This document shows, in pieces, positions 17,621 through 28,049 of a stretch of DNA of 64,000 nucleotides. Location: the NCBI GenBank assembly GCA_965208835.1, contig OZ242358.1:2688001-2752000 (forward strand), in the 5' to 3' direction. This DNA is from Candidatus Latescibacterota bacterium. GTDB lineage: Bacteria > Latescibacterota > UBA2968 > GCA-2709665. The first letter of the stretch is position 1; each line of letters starts with the position of its first letter. The notes beneath the pieces were generated by a model. It searched no databases. It worked only from the letters and a program-made list of their open reading frames with translations, and was not told the origin of the DNA. A program made the translations under genes and the position numbers.

Positions 17621-19687
17621 CTAATTGATCGAATCGGCCGCAGCCGCGCGGAATTCCGCGACCGTCCGCTGACTGTTTGTGGATTCACCCGATTTGAGCG
17701 CCACCAGGATCGGGGCCGGATGCGCCAGTGAAGCGGAGGAAGTATCCGCGGGGACGCCGGTGATTGCATCGACGGGTACCTCGTAGACGTCGTCGGGCTT
17801 CCAGAAGTCCCGTGAAGCGCGCCCTGCCGTCGCCCGTGCCATAAACGCTGTCCAGATCGGCACGGCGTCGCGACCGCCAGTAATCCGGGTCTTCCTGCGG
17901 GTCTTCCGGTCGAATCCAAGCCAGACACACGTGGCGAGTTCGGGAGTGAAGCCGGTAAACCAGGCATCCGTATGGTCGTTTGTCGTGCCCGTCTTGCCCG
18001 CAGCGGGCCGGGCGAATCCCCCGGATCGAACCCCGCGTCCGGTACCTCGCTCGATAACGTTCTGAAGCAATCGGATCATGACGTAAGCATCCGCTGCCTT
18101 TATTGCGGGAACCGGTTGCACCCGGTGTTCGTATACCAAGCGCCCCCCGGAATCTTCGATCCGCCTCACAAAAGTCGGGTCGACGCGGACTCCGTAGTTG
18201 GCGATGGTCGCATAGACCGAGGCCATCTCCAGCGGCGAAACCTCGTTCGCGCCCAGCGCGATGCTCGGATACGCGTCCAATGCACTCCGTACTCCCAGTC
18301 GCCGGCCCATCTCCACAACCCGTTCGGGGCCGATGAGATCCATGACCTGCACGCTCGCCGAATTCGCGGAATTCACCAGAGCCCAGGCGGCAGTGGTCAC
18401 ACCCAGATACCTGTCTCTGAAATTCCTTGGCATCCATGGATTTCCGTTTACCGTGTAGGTCCTCGGCTCATCCACAAACAATGACACGGACGAAATCTCG
18501 CCCGACGCCAGCGCCGCCAGATACACGACCGGCTTGAAACCCGATCCCGGCTGTCGTCGGGCAGCCGTTGCCCTATTGAAGTAGCTGATGAAAATGTCAC
18601 GGCCGCCCACCAATGCCCGCACGTAGCCGGTCGCCGGCTCAAGGCTGACCAGGGCCGCCTGCATGTAATCACGCCTGCTCTCTTTGCCCGCACCCTCGTA
18701 CGCGCCAAATCCAAGCCGGACGTCCACATCTGCAAGTCCTTCCGCAACAGATTTTTCTGCGGCCTTCTGCATGTAAAAATCCAATGTAGTACGGATATTC
18801 AACGCACCGAAACTGAGCGCGGACCGTCCCCATCGCCGCACCACTTCATCCTTGATGATTTCAACGAAGTACGGCGTCCGATTCCTTTCGGGATGTTGCG
18901 ACGCCAGAACCGGTGACACAGCGAGAGCATCCTTCAACGCGCCCGTTTCCAGGAAGCCCGCCGCATGCATGCGCCTCAGAACGTGCGCAGTACGCGCCGC
19001 GGCCTGCCGGCCGCCGTCGCGAAACGGATTCAACGCGCCGGGTGAATTGGGCAGCCCGGCAAGCATGGCCGCCTCCGTGAGGGTCAGGTCTGCGGCGGCC
19101 TTACCGAAAAACGTCTGCGACGCATCCTCAACGCCGTAGGCGTTGGTGCCGAAAAAACTCCCGTTGATGTAAATCTCCAGCAATCTGTCCTTGGCCGACT
19201 CACCATACAACCTGGAGAACATCGCCTCCAGCTGCACGGCCAGCAGCGCCTCGCGCGCCTTCCGCAGATAGGTCTTCTCCCGTGACAAAAACACGTTCTT
19301 GACGATCTGCTGGGTAATCGTACTTCCGCCTCTGACTTTCCGGAGATGCCTCAGGTTTGCCAGGAACGCCCCTGCGATGCCTTTCAGGCTTACGCCCCGG
19401 TGGCGATAAAACGATTCGTCTTCGGTCGCAATAACGGCCTTGATAAACCAGGGGCTCACCTGGTCCAGCCTTACCTGGCTGACCCGACGGTTAAAGGTAA
19501 ACAGCAACTCCCCGGTATCCGCGAAGATGTTCACGCCCGCCTGGCTGCTCAATGCGTCGGGGTCGGGCGGAATTCGGGGCAGTGTTGTCATCAGCCAGAC
19601 GACGCCGAGGCCCGCAACCAGCAGCGCGTCGACAGCCAGGAATATCCCTGTCCGGGTCCAGTAGTTTCGAAGCCGGTTCCGGCACAT
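17621..19687 (-). CDS. Class A penicillin-binding protein (PBP1A family)
   Basis: Glycosyltransferase motifs EDESFYRHRG and GGSTITQQIVKN; transpeptidase motifs RQPGSGFKP, SAN and KTGT; N-terminal TM helix. Confidence 0.95.
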   Translation of the reverse strand: MCRNRLRNYWTRTGIFLAVDALLVAGLGVVWLMTTLPRIPPDPDALSSQAGVNIFADTGELLFTFNRRVSQVRLDQVSPWFIKAVIATEDESFYRHRGVSLKGIAGAFLANLRHLRKVRGGSTITQQIVKNVFLSREKTYLRKAREALLAVQLEAMFSRLYGESAKDRLLEIYINGSFFGTNAYGVEDASQTFFGKAAADLTLTEAAMLAGLPNSPGALNPFRDGGRQAAARTAHVLRRMHAAGFLETGALKDALAVSPVLASQHPERNRTPYFVEIIKDEVVRRWGRSALSFGALNIRTTLDFYMQKAAEKSVAEGLADVDVRLGFGAYEGAGKESRRDYMQAALVSLEPATGYVRALVGGRDIFISYFNRATAARRQPGSGFKPVVYLAALASGEISSVSLFVDEPRTYTVNGNPWMPRNFRDRYLGVTTAAWALVNSANSASVQVMDLIGPERVVEMGRRLGVRSALDAYPSIALGANEVSPLEMASVYATIANYGVRVDPTFVRRIEDSGGRLVYEHRVQPVPAIKAADAYVMIRLLQNVIERGTGRGVRSGGFARPAAGKTGTTNDHTDAWFTGFTPELATCVWLGFDRKTRRKTRITGGRDAVPIWTAFMARATAGRASRDFWKPDDVYEVPVDAITGVPADTSSASLAHPAPILVALKSGESTNSQRTVAEFRAAAADSIN

Positions 19688-20529
19688 CAGGGCCGCCCTC
19701 CGGCGCCGCCGAAGCGTTCATCCATTCCCGCGGATTCCACCTCGAATCTGACGGGGGCACGTTCCGGATCGACGTAAACCAATTCGCCGTGGTAGGTGCC
19801 GAGCCCACTCTGAATCAGTATCTGGCTCACACGACCCGATCGGAATTCTTCCATCAAACGGTTCCGCTCATCGGAACGGAATTGTTCGACAAAAGCCCTT
19901 TCCAGCCGCTCGCGAACGTCCGCCCGAATCGAATCCGCCACGAACATGGAGTCCGCTTCGTCGCGCTGAGCCGTCTCGCCCGCGTGCCGGTACAGTTCAT
20001 CGACCCGGCTCCGTATCCGGGCACGGTAACGCACGTCAGGCAAGATTGCCAACCGCAGAAGGGTCAAACCCAGATTGAACGCGTTGACGCTCTGTAGCAA
20101 CTCACGGGTTTCCGGCCCCCCGTTCCCCGTGCGTTCCGTGCGCCACACCGCGATGAAGGTAGGCAATCCCGACTCCGGCACGCGGTCCACGTCGAAGCGG
20201 GCGTCCGTCACGGCATCCGGCAAACCGGCGGCCGCGGGCGTTACAACGGTTTGCAACGAATCCCGGACCTGGGCCCGCGCGTCCAGCCGCTTCCACAGTG
20301 CGCCCGACGTGGCGCGCCTCGCGTTGTTCCGGTCCAGCGCTTCTCCCATCCATATTGCAATGGCGTTGGTCCGAAATTCCAGGAACGCGAAGATCGCACC
20401 GGCCACGGACAGCAACACCGCGCCGGCGGCGGGAAACAGCAGTTTCCTGAATCTCAGCCGTGAGAATTCACGATCGGCTGCCCGCCTGAACCGACAGATA
20501 CCCCGATGGACTCGATGCGGGAGATTCAT
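19687..20529 (-). CDS. Hypothetical membrane-anchored protein coupled to the PBP gene
   Basis: Basic N-terminus and one TM helix; its stop overlaps the PBP start (TGATG). Confidence 0.7.
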   Translation of the reverse strand: MNLPHRVHRGICRFRRAADREFSRLRFRKLLFPAAGAVLLSVAGAIFAFLEFRTNAIAIWMGEALDRNNARRATSGALWKRLDARAQVRDSLQTVVTPAAAGLPDAVTDARFDVDRVPESGLPTFIAVWRTERTGNGGPETRELLQSVNAFNLGLTLLRLAILPDVRYRARIRSRVDELYRHAGETAQRDEADSMFVADSIRADVRERLERAFVEQFRSDERNRLMEEFRSGRVSQILIQSGLGTYHGELVYVDPERAPVRFEVESAGMDERFGGAGGRP

Positions 20530-20611
20530 GGCGATCCGATGCCGTCAAAAAAAACCCGAAACAGCGCGCCTGCTGCTGTAACGGGATCGGTGGGCGGATA
20601 CCAGAAGAAAA

Positions 20612-21634
20612 TCAGGCGGCAATGCCCTCCATCTCAGGAACATATCTGCCGTCGCGTGCGGCGCTGTTAAGGCTTGCCCTGTGATGGAAAACTTTCTGTG
20701 CCGCCCCCACGTTGGCGGCCTTGCCGTTCCAGGCGGCGCGCGCAGGGTCCTGTAACGCCCTGCCGTACGAATAGCTGAGTTCCCAGGGAAATCCGCCAAT
20801 CCGATTCATGGCGTTCAGGTGCAACGTGGAAAGTTCGGGGCTCTGTCCCCCGGAAAGAAACACCACACCTGGAATAGAGGCGGGCACCGTTCGCCGAAGG
20901 CACCGCACGGTTGCTTGAGCCACTTCCTTAATACCTGCCTGTGTCGGGCAATCGACGCCGGACAGGACCATACTGGCTTTCAGCAACGTGCCTTCCAGAT
21001 TCACCCGGTGTTCTCCCAATTCTGAAAAAACGCTGCGTAATACCCACTCTGTTACTTCCTCGCACCGTTCGATGGTGTGCCCGCCATCCATCAACACCTC
21101 CGGTTCCACGATTGGCACCACTCCCACTTCCTGACACTCTGCGGCATAACGCGCAAGAGCGTGGGCATTGGCATGGATGCACCCCCGGGTCGGGATTCCG
21201 TTGCCGATTGCAATGGCGGCACGCCATTTCGCAAACCTGGCGCCGCCCTCGCGATACGCTTCCAGACGGGCGCGGAGTCCGTCCAGACCCTCGGTTATCT
21301 GTTCGCCAGGAAAGCCGGCCAGGGGAACCAGCCCCGCATCCGCCTTGATTCCTGGAATCATACCGCGATCCGCCAACAACCGCGGAAAGGGTACGCCGCC
21401 GTTCGTCGCCGTGTTCAGCGTCTCTTCGTACAAAATGACGCCGCTGATGAAGTCCGACAGATCCGGGGTCGTGAACAGCATTTCGCGATAATCCCTTCGG
21501 GATTCGGCGGTGGGTTCCAGGCCGATGTCCGCGAAACGCTTCGTGATCGTTCCCATACTCTCGTCCGCCGCCAGGATACCTCCGCCCGACGGAACGAGTG
21601 CGCGAGCCGTGGCTTCCAGTTCCCCTTTTGACAT
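20612..21634 (-). CDS. Fructose-bisphosphate aldolase class I
   Basis: GILAADES, FAKWRA, VPIVEPEV, FLSGGQS and SYGRALQ motifs. Confidence 0.96.
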   Translation of the reverse strand: MSKGELEATARALVPSGGGILAADESMGTITKRFADIGLEPTAESRRDYREMLFTTPDLSDFISGVILYEETLNTATNGGVPFPRLLADRGMIPGIKADAGLVPLAGFPGEQITEGLDGLRARLEAYREGGARFAKWRAAIAIGNGIPTRGCIHANAHALARYAAECQEVGVVPIVEPEVLMDGGHTIERCEEVTEWVLRSVFSELGEHRVNLEGTLLKASMVLSGVDCPTQAGIKEVAQATVRCLRRTVPASIPGVVFLSGGQSPELSTLHLNAMNRIGGFPWELSYSYGRALQDPARAAWNGKAANVGAAQKVFHHRASLNSAARDGRYVPEMEGIAA

Positions 21635-21728
21635 CGATTACGACCTCGTTTCCGGGTGTTAGACCGCAGGCTGTTCTTCTCACCGTAGAATATACGCTAT
21701 AATCCACCGTTGTCCAGCAGATTCCGGT

Positions 21729-23090
21729 CTATCTGCGAGGCTTGCCGTGAAGATCCGCGGCGCGAACCCAGACCCGAACTTCCGCCAGCGAAGGCTTTCG
21801 CACCTCGGATTTCAGTTCTTTGATTCGCTCGTACAGTGCTTCGGCGTTCGCGCTCGCCAGGCCCGCAACCCCGTCAATACCTGTGTTTCGAAGCAGTGTC
21901 GCCGCCTGGCAGCCCATCCCTTTGTGGATGGCGAGTTCCACGTGGAGGATCGCGTTTTTCAGGCGAAGTGAATCGACGCCCGAAGCGCCCGCGAGATACC
22001 GGATTTCTTGCGATTCGGCTGCGCGATAGAGCCGTTCGGGCGTGAAAATGCCGGCGGCGCGAAGCCGCTCACGGTCCTGAGCATCCAAACCGGCCACTTC
22101 GGACATCAGCGGGCGCCTGGACTTCAGAGTCTTCTCCTGTACCATACGAAACGTCGAAACGCTGAACAAGACCGCCAACACGGCCGCCACCCAGCAGCGA
22201 AATCGGACAGGCCGGCCGAAACCACCGCCGCTTTCCCAATTCCGTCCGCCACGCAACGCGTGGCACAACAAGGCATAGCAGGCGAACCCGTTGACCGCGA
22301 GAACGGGAAACCCCAGAAACCCGGGCAGGGGCATTTCGAACAGCTTCCATCCCTCCAGTCCGGGCACGGTGTAGATCCACTTGCACCTCGACCAGTAATT
22401 GAACCCCTCCCAGACCACCCCGGCCCAGGCGCCCCCGCACAGAAGGCGCAGTAGCCTCGCTGGACGCCCGTTCTCCAGATCACGCAACAGCGATGGAGCG
22501 CCCAGCCTGTAATTGACCGCCTCCGGAATACCCAGCGTTGCCCCCCAGACCAACCAGAAGGCATACCGCGGCCAGATCAGTGGCAGAATCGCACAGGCGG
22601 CGCCGACAACCCACATTGTCGCCTCCGTCTTCCACGTTACGCGGAGACCCCGGCATTGGATTGTGCGGAATCGGCGCATCGATTTCAGCCATTCCACATG
22701 CAAGAAACAGGCGGGCAATACGGTTGCAAAGGCCGCCGCAGAGAATGCGAATCCCCAGGTGTCCGACCGCAATCCGAAGACGTAGTACCAGTTTTCAATG
22801 ACCAGGTTATAGGCCTCGTACAAGAACCAGAAAGGCACTGACCAGAAAAGAAAAGCGACCGTCTCTCTGCGACGGTCGCTTAAAAACGATCGGCCCTGGC
22901 TGCGAAGGATCAACCCGTCAAGAACCAGGAGGTATCCATACCACGCCGGCAGGTACCAGACCGCGTTCCAGACGGGGACGTCGGCTGCCAGCAACCAGAC
23001 GCCCACACCGAAGACGCAGATGCCGGAGTATCCCCACCAGGGAAACGCCCTCTCGGATGCGGTCTTCGATTCGGATCGGGTGCAAGCCAC
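21729..23090 (-). CDS. Multi-pass membrane protein with C-terminal DUF4332-like (HhH-like) domain
   Basis: TM motifs YEAYN..IENW.Y and WEGFNYW...KW.Y...FEMPLPGFLGF; soluble C-terminus LRAAGI/GMG...LLRNTGI. GTG at 23090 has GGAG upstream. Confidence 0.72.
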   Translation of the reverse strand: MACTRSESKTASERAFPWWGYSGICVFGVGVWLLAADVPVWNAVWYLPAWYGYLLVLDGLILRSQGRSFLSDRRRETVAFLFWSVPFWFLYEAYNLVIENWYYVFGLRSDTWGFAFSAAAFATVLPACFLHVEWLKSMRRFRTIQCRGLRVTWKTEATMWVVGAACAILPLIWPRYAFWLVWGATLGIPEAVNYRLGAPSLLRDLENGRPARLLRLLCGGAWAGVVWEGFNYWSRCKWIYTVPGLEGWKLFEMPLPGFLGFPVLAVNGFACYALLCHALRGGRNWESGGGFGRPVRFRCWVAAVLAVLFSVSTFRMVQEKTLKSRRPLMSEVAGLDAQDRERLRAAGIFTPERLYRAAESQEIRYLAGASGVDSLRLKNAILHVELAIHKGMGCQAATLLRNTGIDGVAGLASANAEALYERIKELKSEVRKPSLAEVRVWVRAADLHGKPRR

Positions 23091-23112
23091 GCGAGAACGC
23101 TCCAGGGGTCCG

Positions 23113-24057
23113 TCAGGCCGTCTCGGCCCCATCGGCCGAATCGGGTGATTCAAGGGTCCAGACGTCGTTATAGACGACACTACCCGCAATGGACCCGCTG
23201 TACCCCCCGAGCAGCCAGATTTTGCGTTGAAAATCCAGGCAGGGAAACGCGTGGCGCACCCCCCAGGGCGCGCAGCGGACGGATTGCCGCCATGTCCGAC
23301 CGTCTTCGGAACACCAGACGTCGTTCACATTGATGGACGGCTCGATGGCGCCACCGGCAATCCACATCCTGCCGGCGTGGACAAAGGAACTGTGGAACCG
23401 GCGGGGGCCCCATCCGGCATCGACGGCCTCCCGATCCCACGTCAGGCCGTCCGGCGAGCACCAGACGTCGTTGTAATTGACCCCACGATCGTGGTAGTTT
23501 CCCCCGCCCAGAATCCAGATCCTGTTTCTGTATTCGATGGCGGGAAACATGGCCCTCGGCGCCCAAGGCGAGCGCTGCTCAACCAGATCCCACCGGTTTC
23601 CGTCGTCTGAGCACCAGACGTCGCCGAAATGCGCCCTTTGCTCCCAGTTGAGCCCGCCGAGAACCCAGATTCGCTTATTGTAAACCAGACTGCCGAAGGC
23701 GCCTCGACAACCCCATGGGGCGCATTTCGTCACGCAATCCCAATGCCGGCCGTCGCGTGAACACCAGACGTCGCCGAACGTATGGACACCGTCGAATCCG
23801 CCCATCAACCAGATCCGATCGTCCAGGACAACGCAGCCACCAAGGTTCCGTGCCGGCCACGGCGCTGCCCGCAACACGCATTCCCACGTCGTGCCGTCGG
23901 CAGAATGCCATACGTCGTTGAGACGCGGGAAGTTGCCCGGGCCCAGCATCTGCCAGCCCCCCAGCAACCAGATCCGATCCCGGAAAACCGCGGCGCCGGG
24001 CGAATCTCTGGGTGGCCAGGGCGCGGATTTGGTGATGCGGCTCCAATTCGCGGTCAT
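23113..24057 (-). CDS. Kelch-repeat beta-propeller protein
   Basis: Six repeats of PW..R......RIW..GG.....(N/G)DVW.S.DG..W. Start uncertain; ATG at 24057 chosen. Confidence 0.88.
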   Translation of the reverse strand: MTANWSRITKSAPWPPRDSPGAAVFRDRIWLLGGWQMLGPGNFPRLNDVWHSADGTTWECVLRAAPWPARNLGGCVVLDDRIWLMGGFDGVHTFGDVWCSRDGRHWDCVTKCAPWGCRGAFGSLVYNKRIWVLGGLNWEQRAHFGDVWCSDDGNRWDLVEQRSPWAPRAMFPAIEYRNRIWILGGGNYHDRGVNYNDVWCSPDGLTWDREAVDAGWGPRRFHSSFVHAGRMWIAGGAIEPSINVNDVWCSEDGRTWRQSVRCAPWGVRHAFPCLDFQRKIWLLGGYSGSIAGSVVYNDVWTLESPDSADGAETA

Positions 24058-24189
24058 CCTGCAAGTACACGGCAGGTGAAACCCGCCGGCCTCCCCATCC
24101 TGGCTTTTTCGTTTTCCAACACGTCGCTTTTCCGATATATTGACAACGGTTGCCGCTGAAGTCCTGAACCGGAAAAACCCACCGATCTT

Positions 24190-25008
24190 ATGTACGGCAC
24201 GCTCGTTTACTTCGTCTTCAGCCAACTCGCCGTCGGCGGGTTGTTGTCAATGCTGGTCGTTCCGCTCGAAGCAGGCAAACGCTTCTTCCGGTTCTGCACA
24301 CTCGCGTGTCTGGTGTTTCTCGCGCTGGCATTGTGGGCGGGGCCGTTCCCTCTTCTATCACCTGCGGTGGGCGGCTCGTCGGTTACCCTGTTGCCGCGCA
24401 GGCTTCTTGCGGCCAGTGCCGTGCTCGCGTTCGGCTACCTTCTCGCGGTGGTCGCCGAACGTACGGGACCCCAGAAAGCGCTGCTTGCCGTCGCAGGTCT
24501 GACCGGCGCCGCCGGCATTGTCTCCGACGGGCTTCTCGCTTGCGCCGCGTGTTCCCCGAACGCTGCAGGCGTATTGACCGCCGCCAGTTTCCTGCTCTCC
24601 GCCCTGTTCCTGGGCAGCGTCATTTTCGCAATGATCCTTGGCCACTGGTACCTGGTGGTTCCCGCGCTCCACATCCGGCCTCTGCGGACACTTACGCGGA
24701 CGATGCTCGTCGCCATCCTGGCCAAGACGATATTGACCGCACTCACGACTTACGTATTCTGGTTGGACGGGGATATTCAGGTGCGGGAAACGCTCCGTTC
24801 TTTCTGGGGGCCGGGCGGTCTTTTTCTCTGGGTACGCGTGCTCTTCGGGCTGATCGGGCCGCTAATCGTGGGATTCATGGTCTGGCAGACCGTCAAGCTG
24901 CATTCAACCCAGTCGGCGACGGGATTGCTTTACGTGGCCACGATATTCGTTCTGATCGGCGAATGTGTTTCCGCCTACATCTTCTTTACAACCACCATAC
25001 CGGTTTAA
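24190..25008 (+). CDS. Conserved hypothetical integral membrane protein
   Basis: About eight hydrophobic helices; MILGHWYL and STQSATGLLY motifs. Confidence 0.8.
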   Translation: MYGTLVYFVFSQLAVGGLLSMLVVPLEAGKRFFRFCTLACLVFLALALWAGPFPLLSPAVGGSSVTLLPRRLLAASAVLAFGYLLAVVAERTGPQKALLAVAGLTGAAGIVSDGLLACAACSPNAAGVLTAASFLLSALFLGSVIFAMILGHWYLVVPALHIRPLRTLTRTMLVAILAKTILTALTTYVFWLDGDIQVRETLRSFWGPGGLFLWVRVLFGLIGPLIVGFMVWQTVKLHSTQSATGLLYVATIFVLIGECVSAYIFFTTTIPV

Positions 25009-25012
25009 GCAC

Positions 25013-25459
25013 ATGGAAATCAGTTTTCGCTGTCCGGAATGCCAGGCCGTCAATTACATCAAGCCTTCACAGGCCGAGCCGACCTGTCAGGCCTGCGGTC
25101 GGGATTCTCCGATGGACTTCTCGAAAGGAATCTTACAGAATAACCAGGTCGACGTGTGCCCACGATGCGAAAAGACCGATTTTTACGTTCAGAGAGACTT
25201 CAACGGAAAAATCGGTCTGGGGATTGCCGTTCTGTTTGCCCTGGTCGGTCTGATTTTCGTGGCGCTGGACCGCCCTGTTTACTTCTATGCCTGCCTTGGC
25301 GCCGCCGCGATTATCGACCTCGCACTGTACCTGAGTCTGCCGGAAATTACGATCTGCTACAGTTGCAAGACCGCGTTCCGCGGCGCCCGAAAGAACCCGG
25401 CGCATGAACCATTCGATCTGCATACGGCGGACATGTACGACAATCGCGCCAAGGGATGA
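25013..25459 (+). CDS. Zinc-ribbon protein with two TM helices
   Basis: Four CxxC pairs (CPEC, CQAC, CPRC, CYSC) flanking a TM hairpin; ATG 4 nt after the upstream stop. Confidence 0.8.
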   Translation: MEISFRCPECQAVNYIKPSQAEPTCQACGRDSPMDFSKGILQNNQVDVCPRCEKTDFYVQRDFNGKIGLGIAVLFALVGLIFVALDRPVYFYACLGAAAIIDLALYLSLPEITICYSCKTAFRGARKNPAHEPFDLHTADMYDNRAKG

Positions 25460-25510
25460 CCCGCATCCCGTCGCCGCGGCCGCCGGCCGGCAAGCTGGCT
25501 GCCTTCCTCC

Positions 25511-26086
25511 TCAACCCTCCCGATTCCGCTGAAGCAATTCGAGGAATTCCTCACGGGTTGTGCGATCCTTGAATGCGCCCCGGACGGCTGATGTCGTCGC
25601 CCAGGCGCCCGGTTTTTCCACGCCTCGCATTTCCATACACAGATGGCGGGCCTCAATCACCACGATTGACCCTTTGGGTGCAAGTTCACGCTCCAGAAAC
25701 TCCACGATCTGGTGGGTCATCCGCTCCTGGATCTGCGGCCGTCGCGCGTAATACTCCACGATCCGCACCAGTTTGCTCAAACCCACGATCTGCTCCGTGG
25801 GAATATAGCCCACGTGAACCCTGCCCCAGAAGGGCAACAGATGGTGCGCACACATCGAATAGAACGAAATGTCGTTCATGGCCACCATGTTGTCGAACCC
25901 GTCTTCATTGGGAAACATCCTGACGTCGGGTTCGTTGTCTTCGTCGAGCCCCTTGAAGATCTCGAGGTACATCCGCGCGAAACGCCGGGGCGTGTCCCTC
26001 AGGTTCGGATCCTTCATATCCAGGTTGAGCACTTTCATGATTTCCGAGATATGGTACCCGATCCGTTCGATCCTGTCTTCCGCCAT
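25511..26086 (-). CDS. folE: GTP cyclohydrolase I
   Basis: TPRR, SMCAHHLLPF, GLSKL.R, QIQER and HLCM.MRGV motifs; GAGGAG Shine-Dalgarno. Confidence 0.95.
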   Translation of the reverse strand: MAEDRIERIGYHISEIMKVLNLDMKDPNLRDTPRRFARMYLEIFKGLDEDNEPDVRMFPNEDGFDNMVAMNDISFYSMCAHHLLPFWGRVHVGYIPTEQIVGLSKLVRIVEYYARRPQIQERMTHQIVEFLERELAPKGSIVVIEARHLCMEMRGVEKPGAWATTSAVRGAFKDRTTREEFLELLQRNREG

Positions 26087-26207
26087 GGCATCTCCTCTAT
26101 TGCCCATTCACGCGGACGCCCATGAGATCCGCTGTCTCTCTTACATCTCACCGCAACCCGTAGAAATCGCCTCGCAATAGCCGGTGTCGGTCCCGCAAAC
26201 CCTGTCG

Positions 26208-26777
26208 TCAGTCAGACGGGCCAAAAGCCAGGCCCAGGCTGACCCGGAACGACGAATCCTTCTCCTCATCGGCGATAATCATCTTGAGTTCACCGAACCA
26301 CAACACACCGGGCCCGACCCGTTTTCGGAATCCGAGTGGAATATTCAGGGTCACCTTCGTGTCGTCCGGAACCGTCACGTTGATCGAGTTTCCCTGACCA
26401 CCGGTTTCTATAATGTCGAACCGTGTCAGGTGAACGCCGATTCCGCCGCCCACATAACCATACGTATTGCCCTGTCCGAAAATGAACTGTGCTTCGCCGT
26501 TCAGGGAGTAGATCTTCAAATTGTCCTGTATCACCAGATCCACGCCCGGAACGAGATGGAGACGGGGAATGAAGATGGATCCGAAATCGACGTGTCCGCC
26601 AAGCGTCAATCTCGCGGAATCGAATTCGTACCCGATGTATTCCTCGGACTCCTGTCGCGTAAGGTCCACGCCGACCTTGATACCAAGGCCTCGCAATCCG
26701 AGAGCGTCTGCCCGGCAGTGGCCGAGCACAAGGCATGCGGCAATCACTCCGACTGTCAGGCGTGTACAATTGCCCAT
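26208..26777 (-). CDS. Small outer-membrane beta-barrel protein (putative)
   Basis: Signal peptide, alternating amphipathic strands, YVGGGIG, and a terminal strand SLGLAF. Confidence 0.72.
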   Translation of the reverse strand: MGNCTRLTVGVIAACLVLGHCRADALGLRGLGIKVGVDLTRQESEEYIGYEFDSARLTLGGHVDFGSIFIPRLHLVPGVDLVIQDNLKIYSLNGEAQFIFGQGNTYGYVGGGIGVHLTRFDIIETGGQGNSINVTVPDDTKVTLNIPLGFRKRVGPGVLWFGELKMIIADEEKDSSFRVSLGLAFGPSD

Positions 26778-26857
26778 AGGGTTACCCCCTTCTCTCAGTG
26801 AATTCCCGGCGGTCGGCATCGTCCAGGCGATGGGTTTCGCGACCGGCTTTCGTGCGA

Positions 26858-27949
26858 TCATTCGTTGAAGAGAAATCGAATCACGTCGCCGTCCCGAACG
26901 GCGTAATGCCCGCCCTCCGCGCGAACTCTGCCCGTTTCGCGCAATGAGGCGATGCTTCCCGCAGCAAGGACATCCTGGTAGGCGGCAACTTCCGCCCGGA
27001 TGAAACCGCGCTCCATGTCGGAGTGAATCCTGCCGGCGGCCGCCGCGGCTCCCGTGCCGTCACGAACTTCCCAGGCCTGCAGCTTTTCGTTTGCCGTGGT
27101 ATAGAAGGTTATCAGCCCCAGCAGGGCATATCCCGCGCGAATCAGCCGGCTGACCCCCGGCTGATTCAACCCCATGTCCGCGACAAAGAGCTCCCGGTCG
27201 GCCGGAGGCAATTCGCCAAGTTCCGCCTCGATCTGCGCGGCCAGCGGAAGTACGTTGTCGATGCCGACCCGCGCCCGCAACCGCGCCGTGGCCGCGCCCC
27301 CGTCCGGCAGATCGGTCTCCGAAATGTTCGACACGTAAAGCACGGGTTTGGCGGTAAGAAAACTGTAGGGTACGAGAGCTTCCGACTGCGCTTCCGTCAG
27401 ATCCTGTTCCCGTACGGGCACGGACCGCCCCAGACCGTCGATGGCCAACCCAAGCGCGTCGTATGCATCGCGTTCCGGGGCCCGCGGATCAGAACGCAGG
27501 ACTTTCTCGAGTCGGCGGGCGATTCCTTCCGCCGACTCGAGATCGGCCATTTTCAGCTCGGTTTCGACGGTCTCAACGTCCCGCACTGGATCCACGCCGC
27601 CGTCCACGTGCGGCACATTTCCGCTTTCGTAACAGCGAACCAGATGAACCAGCGCGTCGACCTCCCGAATCCGGGCCAGAAACCGGTTGCCCAGGCCTTC
27701 GCCGAGGCTGGCTCCCCTGACCAGGCCCGCAATATCCACAAAGTGCACGAACGAGGGTATGCAGGCTTCGGGGTGAAGCAACTCATTCAACCGTTGAAGA
27801 CGCTGGTCCGGCACTTCCACGACACCGACATTCGGCTCAACGGTACAAAAGGGATAGTTCGATGCTTCAACGCCCGCCCTGGTTAACGCGTTAAACAGGG
27901 TTGATTTGCCCACATTTGGCAGGCCGATAATGCCGATATTGAGGGCCAT
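26858..27949 (-). CDS. ychF: Redox-regulated ATPase YchF
   Basis: [32 protein letters not shown] and IHSD..RGFIRAE motifs. Confidence 0.97.
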   Translation of the reverse strand: MALNIGIIGLPNVGKSTLFNALTRAGVEASNYPFCTVEPNVGVVEVPDQRLQRLNELLHPEACIPSFVHFVDIAGLVRGASLGEGLGNRFLARIREVDALVHLVRCYESGNVPHVDGGVDPVRDVETVETELKMADLESAEGIARRLEKVLRSDPRAPERDAYDALGLAIDGLGRSVPVREQDLTEAQSEALVPYSFLTAKPVLYVSNISETDLPDGGAATARLRARVGIDNVLPLAAQIEAELGELPPADRELFVADMGLNQPGVSRLIRAGYALLGLITFYTTANEKLQAWEVRDGTGAAAAAGRIHSDMERGFIRAEVAAYQDVLAAGSIASLRETGRVRAEGGHYAVRDGDVIRFLFNE

Positions 27950-27986
27950 ACTCGCTGCCCGGATGCAGCAGACGCACCTCCGCATG

Positions 27987-28027
27987 AAAAAAGAAACAGC
28001 CAGCGGCTAGACGCAAACCACTGGCCG
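27987..28027 (-). terminator. Intrinsic terminator of the molybdoenzyme operon
   Basis: CGGCCAGTGG...CCGCTGGCTG followed by TTTCTTTTTT on the minus strand. Confidence 0.75.
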
Positions 28028-28049
28028 ACAGAAGCTTGACCATCTATCG

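Noticed and set aside
23113-24057. Recurring CACCAGACGTCG spaced roughly 140-150 bp apart, superficially like a CRISPR array
   Set aside because: These are in-frame kelch protein repeats (DVW motif); no cas genes are present and the spacing is wrong for CRISPR.
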